Assembly (NCBI GenBank): GCA_964644695.1
Contig: CAZXWN010000009.1
Span: 1-64,000, forward strand
Source of the DNA: an uncultured bacterium
GTDB taxonomy: Bacteria; UBP4; UBA4092
DNA length: 64,000 bases
Direction: 5' to 3'
A program made the translations under genes and the position numbers. This document shows positions 39,794 through 49,235 of this stretch, piece after piece (position 1 is the stretch's first letter; every line of letters starts with the position of its first letter). The notes under the pieces were generated by a model. That model searched no databases, was not told the origin of the DNA, and saw nothing but the letters and a program-made list of their open reading frames with translations.

Positions 39794-42022
39794 TCAGTTT
39801 TCTGAAGGCGGTATCTTCAGAACAAGTCCCTGGTTGGAGAAATGCGTATCAAACCAGGCGACTTCGGTGACTCGTTTTTGTCGGGTGTGATAGACCACCA
39901 GATTAAATCCTCTTTTATTGAGGGAATATTCCTGAGAGTCAATCATGATTTTCGAGTTATTCCCACACAAGGCACCGGCACTGATAACTTCCAAATCAAA
40001 GGGGATTTTATATCCCTTCAGATTCGTACTTTTGGGGAAAACTCTCTTAAGATAATCAATGCTGATGGTTTCATACAGAGGTTTTTCCGATTGAGTCATT
40101 GCGATATAACTGTTTCGGTAATGGTTTGCGGTATTGAGAGACAACCCCTGCTGCTTGATAGCCTTCAGTGAGGGTCCATCCATATTGAGCGTTGCATCAC
40201 TTTTCACAGACACAATAAGAATAGAATAATGGTCCAGACTATTCAGGTATTCCGACAGGCTTGCCGACCGAATATCATCAACTGCTTGGAAATTATCTAA
40301 CGGGTATGGCTTCTGGCAATACTTCTCAAGGGCTGGATTGCGGGGAGCAATTACAAAATATCCATCAACGATGGCGGGGATGCAGGAGTCTTTTACTATC
40401 TTGGATGTCTGCAGGAATAAAGATTCATCATTAATAATATACAGGGTGTCAGGATTGGTTTTTCCCTGTAACAGGTTTTGGGTAATGTATTGACTCTGTT
40501 GGTTAACTTTATGGTAGGGGCCTCTGGCAAAGTATCCGTTATTGAGCGTCATCCTGTTGCTTGCGGCATAGTAGGTATAGTCAGCGTAATGGTCGATATT
40601 AGAAGGTAACCTGACGATGTGGTGATTTGAACGAGGGACTATATTCCAGAAGACAGATTTCATGGGGGATTGATATTGATAGACAGGTTGATAGGAATAA
40701 AAATGTTTCAGTTCCAACATGTGCGAGAAGTCCTGGTACTGTAAGACAACAGCGGCCACAAGAGGAAGGGCGGCCCATAACCGATTGGAAAACATCTTGT
40801 GTGTTCCAGTAATACCATAATAGATAATTAGGTAATAGACAGGCCACAGGAGACGACCGGTTGCCCGGAAGACACTCCACATATCACGGAGGGAAGGAGA
40901 CAAGGGATATTCAAACAAAACATTATTATTAAGGGTAATTTTATTACTCAGAGAAAAGAGAATAAAAAACAGGATAATAAATATTTTGGGACTGCTTTCC
41001 TTGATTTTCTTCCAAGTGAAATTCTTTGGGAGACGATAAAGAGAATATCCGGTTGCCGTCAGGAATAGCGCCATCACTCCCAGCCCCAAGTAACAGACGC
41101 CTTCTTTCTGTTCATTGAAAGCCCAGGGTATATCTTTAATAAATCGAGACCATCCGAAGGGACTGAAGAATGTGTTTAGATTGGCGGACCAGTAGCCCAG
41201 TTCGTTGGTACGAAGAACATCCATTTTTGTAAAAAGTCCGATACTCCAACCTACGATGAAAAGGGCTCCGGTCATATACCCTAAATCAAGAAGTAATGGT
41301 TTGATTGGTATCCCTCGAAAATACTGTTGAAGAAGGGTTGCCAGGAAAATCATCAGTACCATAAAAGCCAGGTAGGGATGAATCAGAATGGACAGGATTC
41401 CCAGAGACAACCAGAATCCCCGGTGTCTTTTGTGTTCAGGGTCAGGTGTCAGAAAAAGATAGAGAGAAAAAAGAATGAGCCACTGCGCAACCAGAGAGGA
41501 ATTGTAAAAGACCCGGCAGGTTAAGACGGGGTTGACGACAAAAAATACAACAGAAAGTGCATTGAGCAGTTTATCTTTGATGTAAATTCCAATCAAGATA
41601 CTGGCAGCAGCACCCTGCATCATGAAACATAACAGGTTCCACGGACCGAGGTACTGAAACTGATTTGGCAGGACAGGGTTCAGCAGCTTGAAGAAAATGG
41701 CCAGCAGGGGAATCGAATCGGTGAAGGCGACGGTGGTCCCGAAGGGATAACCCCAGTTCTGAATCTTACCCAGAGGAAAGGCCCAGGGTTCATTTCGGAA
41801 AAACTCCCATCCCAGATAATGTTGCTGGAGGTCTCCCTCGGTTATCATGATCCAGTCCGTATAGGTGACATTGAGAGTAGTGACCCCATACAAATAGATA
41901 AAGACTACCAGTCCAATCAATGCCCCAATGATGGCACGGAGAATCCCGTCATGGTTTTTATTGCCAAAATCATGGTTCAATAAAAATCCCAAATTGTTAA
42001 AAGATACCCACTTCATACCCAT
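39794..42022 (-). CDS. DUF6311-like polytopic membrane protein (probable GT-C) with C-terminal ILEI/PANDER-like region
   Basis: DLQQHYLGW, FTDSIPL, FQYLG, EGVCYLGLG, FRATGR; C-terminal VSVKSDA, RNSYIA, SAG, RGFNLVV, FDT. Confidence 0.75.
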   Translation of the reverse strand: MGMKWVSFNNLGFLLNHDFGNKNHDGILRAIIGALIGLVVFIYLYGVTTLNVTYTDWIMITEGDLQQHYLGWEFFRNEPWAFPLGKIQNWGYPFGTTVAFTDSIPLLAIFFKLLNPVLPNQFQYLGPWNLLCFMMQGAAASILIGIYIKDKLLNALSVVFFVVNPVLTCRVFYNSSLVAQWLILFSLYLFLTPDPEHKRHRGFWLSLGILSILIHPYLAFMVLMIFLATLLQQYFRGIPIKPLLLDLGYMTGALFIVGWSIGLFTKMDVLRTNELGYWSANLNTFFSPFGWSRFIKDIPWAFNEQKEGVCYLGLGVMALFLTATGYSLYRLPKNFTWKKIKESSPKIFIILFFILFSLSNKITLNNNVLFEYPLSPSLRDMWSVFRATGRLLWPVYYLIIYYGITGTHKMFSNRLWAALPLVAAVVLQYQDFSHMLELKHFYSYQPVYQYQSPMKSVFWNIVPRSNHHIVRLPSNIDHYADYTYYAASNRMTLNNGYFARGPYHKVNQQSQYITQNLLQGKTNPDTLYIINDESLFLQTSKIVKDSCIPAIVDGYFVIAPRNPALEKYCQKPYPLDNFQAVDDIRSASLSEYLNSLDHYSILIVSVKSDATLNMDGPSLKAIKQQGLSLNTANHYRNSYIAMTQSEKPLYETISIDYLKRVFPKSTNLKGYKIPFDLEVISAGALCGNNSKIMIDSQEYSLNKRGFNLVVYHTRQKRVTEVAWFDTHFSNQGLVLKIPPSEN

Positions 42023-42190
42023 ATCCCGACCCGCTCAAAGTCGATTATTTTCCCGGTTTCACAAATCAGCTGGAAATTAAGGGCTACGACGGAAGTATAT
42101 ATCTTTTGTTAAATTTCAACACTATTTATTGAAAATATTTTGATATTCGGATGAGGGATAATACCTCACGAAAATGACAGGAATTAAAAA

Positions 42191-42243
42191 TATGATTCGG
42201 AGAATCCACGGAGCTGCTCGGAGGTGCTCCGTATCTGCTTCGT
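42191..42243 (-). repeat. Dispersed intergenic element, divergent copy C (phased array only)
   Basis: Minus strand ACGAAGCAGAT/ACGGAGCACCT/CCGAGCAGCT/CCGTGGATTCT/CCGAATCATA shares ACGAAnCAGATACG with copies A and B. Confidence 0.6.
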
Positions 42244-42349
42244 CAGAGACCTTTTTTTCTGTCCCATGGAATTTGTAGGATTATAAAATGTGGATAGGAC
42301 TTTTGTGAGGATAACATAAGTGTGGAGGAGAACTATAATTGACAATCAA

Positions 42350-45300
42350 TTAGAGTTTATAAGCTCTCATGGGTGGCATGTTTAAGGATGTATCTTCGAA
42401 TGAAAATTTTTTCTTTCGGAATAGTTTTAGACAGGCTTTAACAACGACAGGATCATAGAGAATACCCGAGTTTTTTTCGATCTCATCCAGTGCTACTTCA
42501 ATCCCCAGAGCCGGTCGATAAGGGCGGTGTGATGCCATAGACTCAACCACATCAGCGACAGCCAGAATACGGGACTCAAACAAAACATTATCACCTTCCA
42601 ATCCCTGAGGGTATCCTGATCCATCCAATCGCTCATGATGTTCTAAGACCATCTGGGCTAATGGCCATGCAGACTCAATATTTTTTAGAATGTTATACCC
42701 ATTTTGTGAATGTTCTTTGATTAAGGAATATTCAATGGATGTTAAAGTTGTGGGTTTAGTTAATATTTCGGCTGGAATAGAAATTTTTCCAATATCATGA
42801 ATAATTCCTGCCATTCGGACTCCGTCAATTTGATTTGCTGTTAAATGACATTCGGTGGCAATCGCCTGAGCCAGGTTCCCCACCCGCCGTTGGTGTCCGG
42901 CAGTATAGGGGTCTCTAGCTTCAACAGCATTGACCAGAACTTGAATGGTGCTTTCAACGGCACCCCGCAGACGATTCATGGTGTTGTGAAGGATAACATC
43001 GCTCTCTTTACGACGCACAATTTTCCAAACCGAATCCATTAATAAAGATAATTGCAGGACATCTGTTTGGGTATAGTTATTTTTTTTGTTGGCCATTCCT
43101 ACGATAGCAACAATTTTTCTGTCATAAAACACGGGTACTGATAATAATCGAAGCAATTGTTGTTTTATTTTGAGGTCATTATTTTTATGAGGATACTGTT
43201 TTGAATAGTCATTGATAATGATTGGCTTTCGGTGATGAACAGTTTCTTTCAATATCTCCGTTTTTTTTAGTAAATTGGTGATTTGAACTTCAGAGATAGA
43301 ACATATTGTCTGCGTGCTTTTTGACCATACATTTAAAGTAAAAACTCTCTTGTCCTCATCGTAGAGATAGATAAGTCCAAAAGTACTTTTGGTTAATTTC
43401 AGTGCCTCACCAAGAGTGTAATCCATCAATTCCTGAATGGATTTGGTTTCATGGTGGGTTATACGAAAAAGACTTTCAAGCTGATTTTTATTTGATTTGA
43501 TAGTTTCAATAGCGTTTACCTGGTCTGTGATGTCACGGGCAAACCCTCCTATGCTGAGGGTTTGTTCATCAATATAGACGGGAAATTTTTGAGCTTGGTA
43601 TATTTTTCCGTTCAAAGCAATATTGTAAGTAATCATTTTTTTTGTTTCTAAAACCTTCAAGTCTGTTTCCAGAGACTCCTTATTTCCTTCAAACAATAAT
43701 TCAGCATCTGTTTTCCCGATAATATCTTCCTCTTTTTTATTGAAATATTCCTGTTGTTGCCGATTTACGAGTAAGTATCTCAAATCAGAGCTTTTAATAA
43801 AAGCCATATCTGTGGATGAATCTAAAAACGATTTATAGATTCTATGGGTTTCATCAAGGGCTTTCAGGGATTGTTTCTGGGAAGAGATATCCACCATACT
43901 GACAAGAGCCAATTTTTTAACACCCAGATTAATAGGGGAAACAGACAGTAAACAGTCGAGGGTTCGTACTGATTGATTTTGTATAAAAGTAAACGAGTAT
44001 TCTTCATTAGAACAGAATTTATTATTTAAAAAAGCCTGTTGAATCCTGTTTAGAAGAGTACAATGTTTACATTCAGGGTTTAATCCGCAAGCCGTTCCAT
44101 CTGATGGGTGGATACATAAAAACATATCCCCCAGTGTTAAGTCAATGAGCTCTTTTTTGTTTTTATTCATAAGGGTCATGCAGGACTGGTTCAGGTCAAC
44201 CACTCTGCCATGACAGTCCACAATAATAAGTAATGAAGGAACAGAGTTGAAGACTAAATTGAGGAGTTCTTCTTTCACAATAAGAGCCTGTTTTGATTGC
44301 ATTACCTGGGTTACATCGCAACTCATCATTAAGGTAGCAGGTCCGTCATTTAGCACGATAGGAACAATAATAGATTCTATGGAAATGGGTTTTCCGTTGG
44401 GTTGAAGAACACTTAGCTTTAATAAACGACTGTCTGTTGTTTTGTCTATATTGGTAATGTATTTTTGTATTAACTCGAAATCTTTTGGGCTTATTGTTTT
44501 GGAGACATCAAGGCCTTCTATTTGCGTTGCTGTATAACCGAGAAGCTTTAGCCCTGAGGGGTTGGCATAGACAAATTTATTATCTCGAATAAATAAAATA
44601 GAGATAGGACAATTTTCAATAATCGTTTTGTAACGGGTTTTAGTTACACTGATTTTTTGGACAGCATCATTCGTATAAAAGACCCAGTGGGATTGGATAA
44701 AAATGTGCTTAGTAGAATATTCAACTCGAGCTTCTGCAAAAACAGGGATATATTTTTTCTGTTTATTAATGATCACCAGATCGTCTATCAAGACTGAACC
44801 AGCATTGATTAACGCTACTCCTTTCTCATCAAAGTAAAAGGCCTGGTCAGGTGGTATAAAACTGTTAAAGGGCGTTCCAATGGATTCAGCCTGTGAAAAT
44901 CCCGTTTGTTCTTCCCATCCCTTATTACAATCAACGATTCTTCCATTCTGATCAAGTGAGATACAGGGGAAAGGCGATTTCTTTTGAAATTGCTGAAAAT
45001 ATTGGGTAGTGTTTGGATGATTTAGTGTTGGATTGAAAAAAAAATTAAAGAGGGCCTGAAAACGAGATTTTAATTCATCGGGCTCAAAGGGTGGAGAGAT
45101 AAAGGCATCTACCAAAGGTTTGACCTGTCCGGGTGGCGCTTTTCCTGATAACAAAAAACAAACCAAAAACAGTTTGTTATTTGATTTTTGCTTGAACTTT
45201 GCTATTTGTGAAACAAACCCTGGATTATCCAGAGTTTGCTGTGTCGCAACTATCATCAGGTTCGGATCAGTGCTGGTATTGAGGCGGGATATGAATCGTA

Positions 45301-45406
45301 TGGAAAAATCTTGAGATTGCAACAGGGAAGTTAATCTTAAGGACTGAAGTTGCTCATCAACAAAGATATCTAATGAATTAATTCTGATTTGCTTAATAGG
45401 GGTCAT
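42350..45406 (-). CDS. Multi-PAS/GAF HD-GYP cyclic-dinucleotide phosphodiesterase
   Basis: Four PAS-like domains, GAF, RDPYTAGHQRRV, HDIGKI, HHERLDGSGYP, SHRPYR. Confidence 0.92.
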   Translation of the reverse strand: MTPIKQIRINSLDIFVDEQLQSLRLTSLLQSQDFSIRFISRLNTSTDPNLMIVATQQTLDNPGFVSQIAKFKQKSNNKLFLVCFLLSGKAPPGQVKPLVDAFISPPFEPDELKSRFQALFNFFFNPTLNHPNTTQYFQQFQKKSPFPCISLDQNGRIVDCNKGWEEQTGFSQAESIGTPFNSFIPPDQAFYFDEKGVALINAGSVLIDDLVIINKQKKYIPVFAEARVEYSTKHIFIQSHWVFYTNDAVQKISVTKTRYKTIIENCPISILFIRDNKFVYANPSGLKLLGYTATQIEGLDVSKTISPKDFELIQKYITNIDKTTDSRLLKLSVLQPNGKPISIESIIVPIVLNDGPATLMMSCDVTQVMQSKQALIVKEELLNLVFNSVPSLLIIVDCHGRVVDLNQSCMTLMNKNKKELIDLTLGDMFLCIHPSDGTACGLNPECKHCTLLNRIQQAFLNNKFCSNEEYSFTFIQNQSVRTLDCLLSVSPINLGVKKLALVSMVDISSQKQSLKALDETHRIYKSFLDSSTDMAFIKSSDLRYLLVNRQQQEYFNKKEEDIIGKTDAELLFEGNKESLETDLKVLETKKMITYNIALNGKIYQAQKFPVYIDEQTLSIGGFARDITDQVNAIETIKSNKNQLESLFRITHHETKSIQELMDYTLGEALKLTKSTFGLIYLYDEDKRVFTLNVWSKSTQTICSISEVQITNLLKKTEILKETVHHRKPIIINDYSKQYPHKNNDLKIKQQLLRLLSVPVFYDRKIVAIVGMANKKNNYTQTDVLQLSLLMDSVWKIVRRKESDVILHNTMNRLRGAVESTIQVLVNAVEARDPYTAGHQRRVGNLAQAIATECHLTANQIDGVRMAGIIHDIGKISIPAEILTKPTTLTSIEYSLIKEHSQNGYNILKNIESAWPLAQMVLEHHERLDGSGYPQGLEGDNVLFESRILAVADVVESMASHRPYRPALGIEVALDEIEKNSGILYDPVVVKACLKLFRKKKFSFEDTSLNMPPMRAYKL

Positions 45407-45546
45407 AATATATCAGGGATAAGCTTTCTACCTCACCTCAATTCTCATCATACATCAAAGTGAGAATATGAGTACGATATCTGCACGGTTAGGAGTTTTG
45501 GTGCAAACAGAGCGTCTGTCGAGTGAATGAAATATGGTGTAAAAAG

Positions 45547-45576
45547 AAAAAGCCTGTTTCCGAAGAAACAGGCTTT
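45547..45576 (-). terminator. Intrinsic terminator
   Basis: AAAGCCTGTTTC/GAAACAGGCTTT stem with an A-tract on the left, downstream of minus-strand CDS 45598-46179. Confidence 0.8.
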
Positions 45577-45597
45577 GGTAAGATTCAGGGAATAATA

Positions 45598-46179
45598 CTA
45601 GTCTTGACGGCCTTCAATAGCAGACAGGAGGATGGCGGCGGCAATTCCCATCCGACGGTCCAACATCTTCCCCATATCCATGGAGAAGTCCATGTTGATT
45701 TTCAGAACAAAGGGGTTAAAGTTTTGTTTGAATTTGAAAACGGTCATTCCGTTGATCGTCCCATCGAATTTCTGTGGAATCAGGTTGGTGAGGAACCGGC
45801 GTAACAGGGCCATTGCCATACTGTCTTCTGCAATCAATCCTATCTCCCGGTCCTGAGAATCCATGATGATCCATTCATCTTTAATGATGGATTTGAGACC
45901 CTTCCGGCGGAGAGCACCAATTTTCTGTCCGTTGGTGGAATCGTAGATGTCATAGGTGGCGGCGATGTCGATGATTTGCCGGGCACTGATTCGGAGGACT
46001 TCGGTTTGTTTGTCCTCACCGGTATAGAGCCGGATATCTTCCTTGAGTTTGAAGGCTTTCATCTCACAGAAAAATGCCAGTTCGTTGGCGGGATTGTAGA
46101 TGTGGAATGCACCACCGAAAAATTTCAACACCTTCCGCCGGATCATGTAATTAGAATAAGAAAAACGAGTATCAACCAT
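45598..46179 (-). CDS. Conserved hypothetical protein, LURP-one/scramblase (tubby C-terminal)-like
   Basis: KAFKLKEDI, IGALRRKGLKS, DEW and LDRRMGIAAAILL patterns. Confidence 0.7.
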   Translation of the reverse strand: MVDTRFSYSNYMIRRKVLKFFGGAFHIYNPANELAFFCEMKAFKLKEDIRLYTGEDKQTEVLRISARQIIDIAATYDIYDSTNGQKIGALRRKGLKSIIKDEWIIMDSQDREIGLIAEDSMAMALLRRFLTNLIPQKFDGTINGMTVFKFKQNFNPFVLKINMDFSMDMGKMLDRRMGIAAAILLSAIEGRQD

Positions 46180-46379
46180 AGTTCACAAATGCCCTCCCAA
46201 TAGTTTATGGTTACCAATCTATCACATCGAACTGGAAGTCAACAACAGTCAGTCGCTTTTCGGTGAAAAATATTTGTAAAGATAACCTGATATAAGTATA
46301 ATCTCCGTTAAGATGGACCGTTTGGGGGACTCGAATTTCTACCCAGTCAATCACGTTTTATTTAAGGAGAGTTGTGTTT

Positions 46380-47240
46380 ATGAATAAGAAACAATATCTG
46401 GGATGGATCGTTGTGGTGATGGTCATGGTTCTGGGGAGTGTGAGTTTATCGGTGGGTGTGGAGAAAACCAGGAAGGCATCCAAACCAAAGAAGGTCCTGT
46501 TATCTGAAGTAAACTGGGTGGACCATATTTCGATTCAAAGCCAGGCGGCGACACAGGATAATCGAACCACAAAAACGATTGTCAGTAAAAACAACAAATC
46601 GCTCCGAGGTGTGGATACGACATGGTTTGAACCGGATAAGGTTTGGGCTGTGGAAAAAGAGGCTTATATTGATGCGCTGGTAGAGGTCATTCTTCAGTCA
46701 ACATATATCCAGGAACCTCCGTTACTGTTGAATCCCACGCCTGCAATGCTTCAGGATAAAGCAAATCAGTTAACACCGCAGGTGATTTATTCCAGTCCTG
46801 ATAAACAGCGGTATCAAATCAGTATCAAAGCGCCGGTACAGGTTCCGCGGCGGGTGATGCTGGATGTGTTTTTGAAGGAAATGGGTCAGACCTATTCCGT
46901 TACAACCGAATATCGGACTCTGTATTTTGTTAATCCCGGAAAGACAAAGTCGGCGTTTGCCATACCCAAAGAACAGGCAATCAAATCGACCTTATCTATC
47001 AGAGAACATGTCAGTGTTGATTTCGTGAATTGCAGTGTAGAGAAAATATTGGAGTTAGTGAATAAAGAGTTTCCAAAAATGGAATTCATCAATAATACGG
47101 AAGGTAAAGAACTTTATTCCGGCAGTGTGAAATTCAATGCCAATACAAAAGTCCAGATGGCTGATTTGGAAAAGAGTTTAGGCGTCAGTATTCAAGAAGT
47201 CCTGGTACCGAAATATATCTATAAGGTTGAAGCAAAATAG
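46380..47240 (+). CDS. Secreted hypothetical protein
   Basis: AAGGAG RBS, N-terminal signal peptide, terminator downstream. Confidence 0.65.
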   Translation: MNKKQYLGWIVVVMVMVLGSVSLSVGVEKTRKASKPKKVLLSEVNWVDHISIQSQAATQDNRTTKTIVSKNNKSLRGVDTTWFEPDKVWAVEKEAYIDALVEVILQSTYIQEPPLLLNPTPAMLQDKANQLTPQVIYSSPDKQRYQISIKAPVQVPRRVMLDVFLKEMGQTYSVTTEYRTLYFVNPGKTKSAFAIPKEQAIKSTLSIREHVSVDFVNCSVEKILELVNKEFPKMEFINNTEGKELYSGSVKFNANTKVQMADLEKSLGVSIQEVLVPKYIYKVEAK

Positions 47241-47255
47241 AGGAAGTCATTTATT

Positions 47256-47296
47256 GCAGGGGCGTCTGTTACTGATGCCCCTGCTTTTTATTTTTT
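47256..47296 (+). terminator. Intrinsic terminator
   Basis: GCAGGGGCGTC/GATGCCCCTGC stem followed by a T-tract. Confidence 0.8.
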
Positions 47297-47503
47297 ACAT
47301 GATTGGTTTGTGGGTGAGTTGAATAAGTTATAAACCCTTAAAGTGTGGATATTTCAGTAAAAACAACAGGGGATGATAATTATTTTTATGATTGAATTTG
47401 TTCATGTAGATGGAACTTGTAAGTCACCTGAAGTCAACTTTAGAGCTGAAAAACGGGTATAAAATAGAGGGGAGAAGTTGAAGGTTTTCAGAGATAAATC
47501 GGG

Positions 47504-47532
47504 TTGACCGGAGGGGGCTGACTTGATAAGAT
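47504..47532 (+). promoter_or_regulatory. Sigma70-type promoter of speB
   Basis: TTGACC-N17-TAAGAT with a TG extension. Confidence 0.55.
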
Positions 47533-47682
47533 AATACACTTCACAGCGAGTTGGCCCAAATAAGTTGGGATTTGTTTGGGAACGGGATATGATTAAGACA
47601 GACGAAGTGCCTGACGGATGAGTAATAATTCCGGACGGCTTTTTTATTAAAGCTCTATAACGCCTGAAAAGGAGGAACGCCT

Positions 47683-48627
47683 ATGAGTCAAAAGAAAAAA
47701 ATAACCGGAGCCAGACAAACACTGGACCTGACCCGGGGATTCCGTCCTCCTTATCATGGGATATACGGACTCGACCCGGTAGAATATCCCTATGCTGATG
47801 CGGAAGTCGTGGTACTGCCGGTTCCTTACGAACAGACGACCTCCTATAAAGCGAACACCCGGGAAGGGCCGCGTGCCATTATTGATGCCAGCCGATATGT
47901 GGAAAGCTACGATGAAGAACTGGATTATGAGGTTTATCAGGTAGGAATCCATACCTTACCGGAACTGGATTTGGATTTTACGGGTCCGGAAAAGGCTCTG
48001 AAACAGATGGCTGTTGCTGCAGAGAACATCCTGGGTGACGGTAAATTCCTGGCCAGTCTGGGTGGAGAACACAGCGTGACTCCTGGGTTGGTGGCTGGTG
48101 TCCTGAAACACTATCCGAAATTGACCGTGTTACAACTGGACGCTCATGCCGACTTACGGAAGGAATATGAAGGTACACCCAATAGTCATGCCTGCGCCAT
48201 GCGGCGGTGTCGTGATCTGGGCGCCCAAACCTTTGGTTTCGGAATCCGAAGTTATTCGGCCGAAGAAGCTGCCTATGTGAAAAAAACAGGCCGTGCGTTC
48301 TATACGGCCCGAGAGTTAAAAGAAAACCTGTCTGTTGTAGAACAAGTGATAGACTCTATTAATGGACCTGTGTACATCAGTATTGATGTGGATGCCTTTG
48401 ATCCGGCCTATGTGCCCGCCACAGGCACCCCAGAACCGGGAGGATTAGACTGGTATGAAGTCCGGTACATCCTCCAGACCATTTGCCGTCGAACACATGT
48501 GGTAGCCTGCGACATCGTCGAGTTGGCTCCCATCGGCGGGCTGGTGGCTTCGGATTTTCTCTGTGCCAAGCTGTTATACAAACTGCTGGGCTTTGTATTT
48601 TATGAGGGTCCGAACCAAAAAAAATAA
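47683..48627 (+). CDS. speB: Agmatinase (ureohydrolase family)
   Basis: PYEQTTSY, GGEHS, DAHADLR, SHA, SIDVDAFDP, TGTPEPGG. Confidence 0.9.
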   Translation: MSQKKKITGARQTLDLTRGFRPPYHGIYGLDPVEYPYADAEVVVLPVPYEQTTSYKANTREGPRAIIDASRYVESYDEELDYEVYQVGIHTLPELDLDFTGPEKALKQMAVAAENILGDGKFLASLGGEHSVTPGLVAGVLKHYPKLTVLQLDAHADLRKEYEGTPNSHACAMRRCRDLGAQTFGFGIRSYSAEEAAYVKKTGRAFYTARELKENLSVVEQVIDSINGPVYISIDVDAFDPAYVPATGTPEPGGLDWYEVRYILQTICRRTHVVACDIVELAPIGGLVASDFLCAKLLYKLLGFVFYEGPNQKK

Positions 48628-48631
48628 TCAG

Positions 48632-48660
48632 TTGACAATCAACCGGGGATTTATTAAAGT
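48632..48660 (+). promoter_or_regulatory. Sigma70-type promoter of the dksA-like gene
   Basis: TTGACA-N17-TAAAGT. Confidence 0.55.
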
Positions 48661-48722
48661 TTGTTGGTTATAAATTCGTTGCGACACCCCGGCGGATTGA
48701 AGAAACGAGAAAAGGAGTTACC

Positions 48723-49139
48723 ATGCCGACCAAGAAAAAAACGACCACAGCGGCCGCAGACAAGCTCACCAATGACAGCGGTGAGAAACTGACGATCCGC
48801 AAAGAACTAGTTCCGCTGTATGAGGAATTACTGCGTCAGCGTGAGCGTGTGGCCAAAGACATGCATACGGAATACGAGGAAATTGAAGCCTCTGAATTAT
48901 CCGATTGGGTCGACCTGGCCTCGGCCAGCCACGAGCGCGAACTGAGCATTATCCTCAACGGCAATAAAGATGAGGTTCTGTTAAAGATAGATCAGGCCCT
49001 CGAAATGATAAAGAACGGGACCTATGGCGTTTGTTTGAACTGTAAACAGCCGATAGCCAAGGAACGCCTGAAGGCTATCCCGTTTGCCCGGTTGTGTATC
49101 CATTGCCAGGAAAAGCTGGAACGGTACGCTCGCGGATAA
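48723..49139 (+). CDS. DksA/TraR family C4 zinc-finger protein
   Basis: Coiled coil with DxxDxA (DWVDLA); GTYGVCLNC...RLKAIPFARLCIHC. Confidence 0.9.
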   Translation: MPTKKKTTTAAADKLTNDSGEKLTIRKELVPLYEELLRQRERVAKDMHTEYEEIEASELSDWVDLASASHERELSIILNGNKDEVLLKIDQALEMIKNGTYGVCLNCKQPIAKERLKAIPFARLCIHCQEKLERYARG

Positions 49140-49163
49140 TCCCAGTCAGAAAACGAAATAATA

Positions 49164-49206
49164 AACCGCCGTTTTCCTGACAGGAGAACGGCGGTTCTTA
49201 TTTTAT
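49164..49206. terminator. Bidirectional intrinsic terminator
   Basis: AACCGCCGTTTTCCT/AGGAGAACGGCGGTT stem between convergent genes. Confidence 0.8.
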
Positions 49207-49235
49207 CCGGAGTTGGAGTAAAGACGTCTCTGGGT

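Noticed and set aside
10102..42243. Dispersed elements as a degenerate CRISPR array or REP sequences
   Set aside because: No repeat-spacer alternation, copies are about 16 kb apart, they are not palindromic, and there are no cas genes.
47596..47645. Canonical guanidine-III (ykkC-III) riboswitch
   Set aside because: GACGAAGTG..GACGGC resembles it, but the pseudoknot-forming GCCGT complement is missing; kept only as an unclassified leader candidate.
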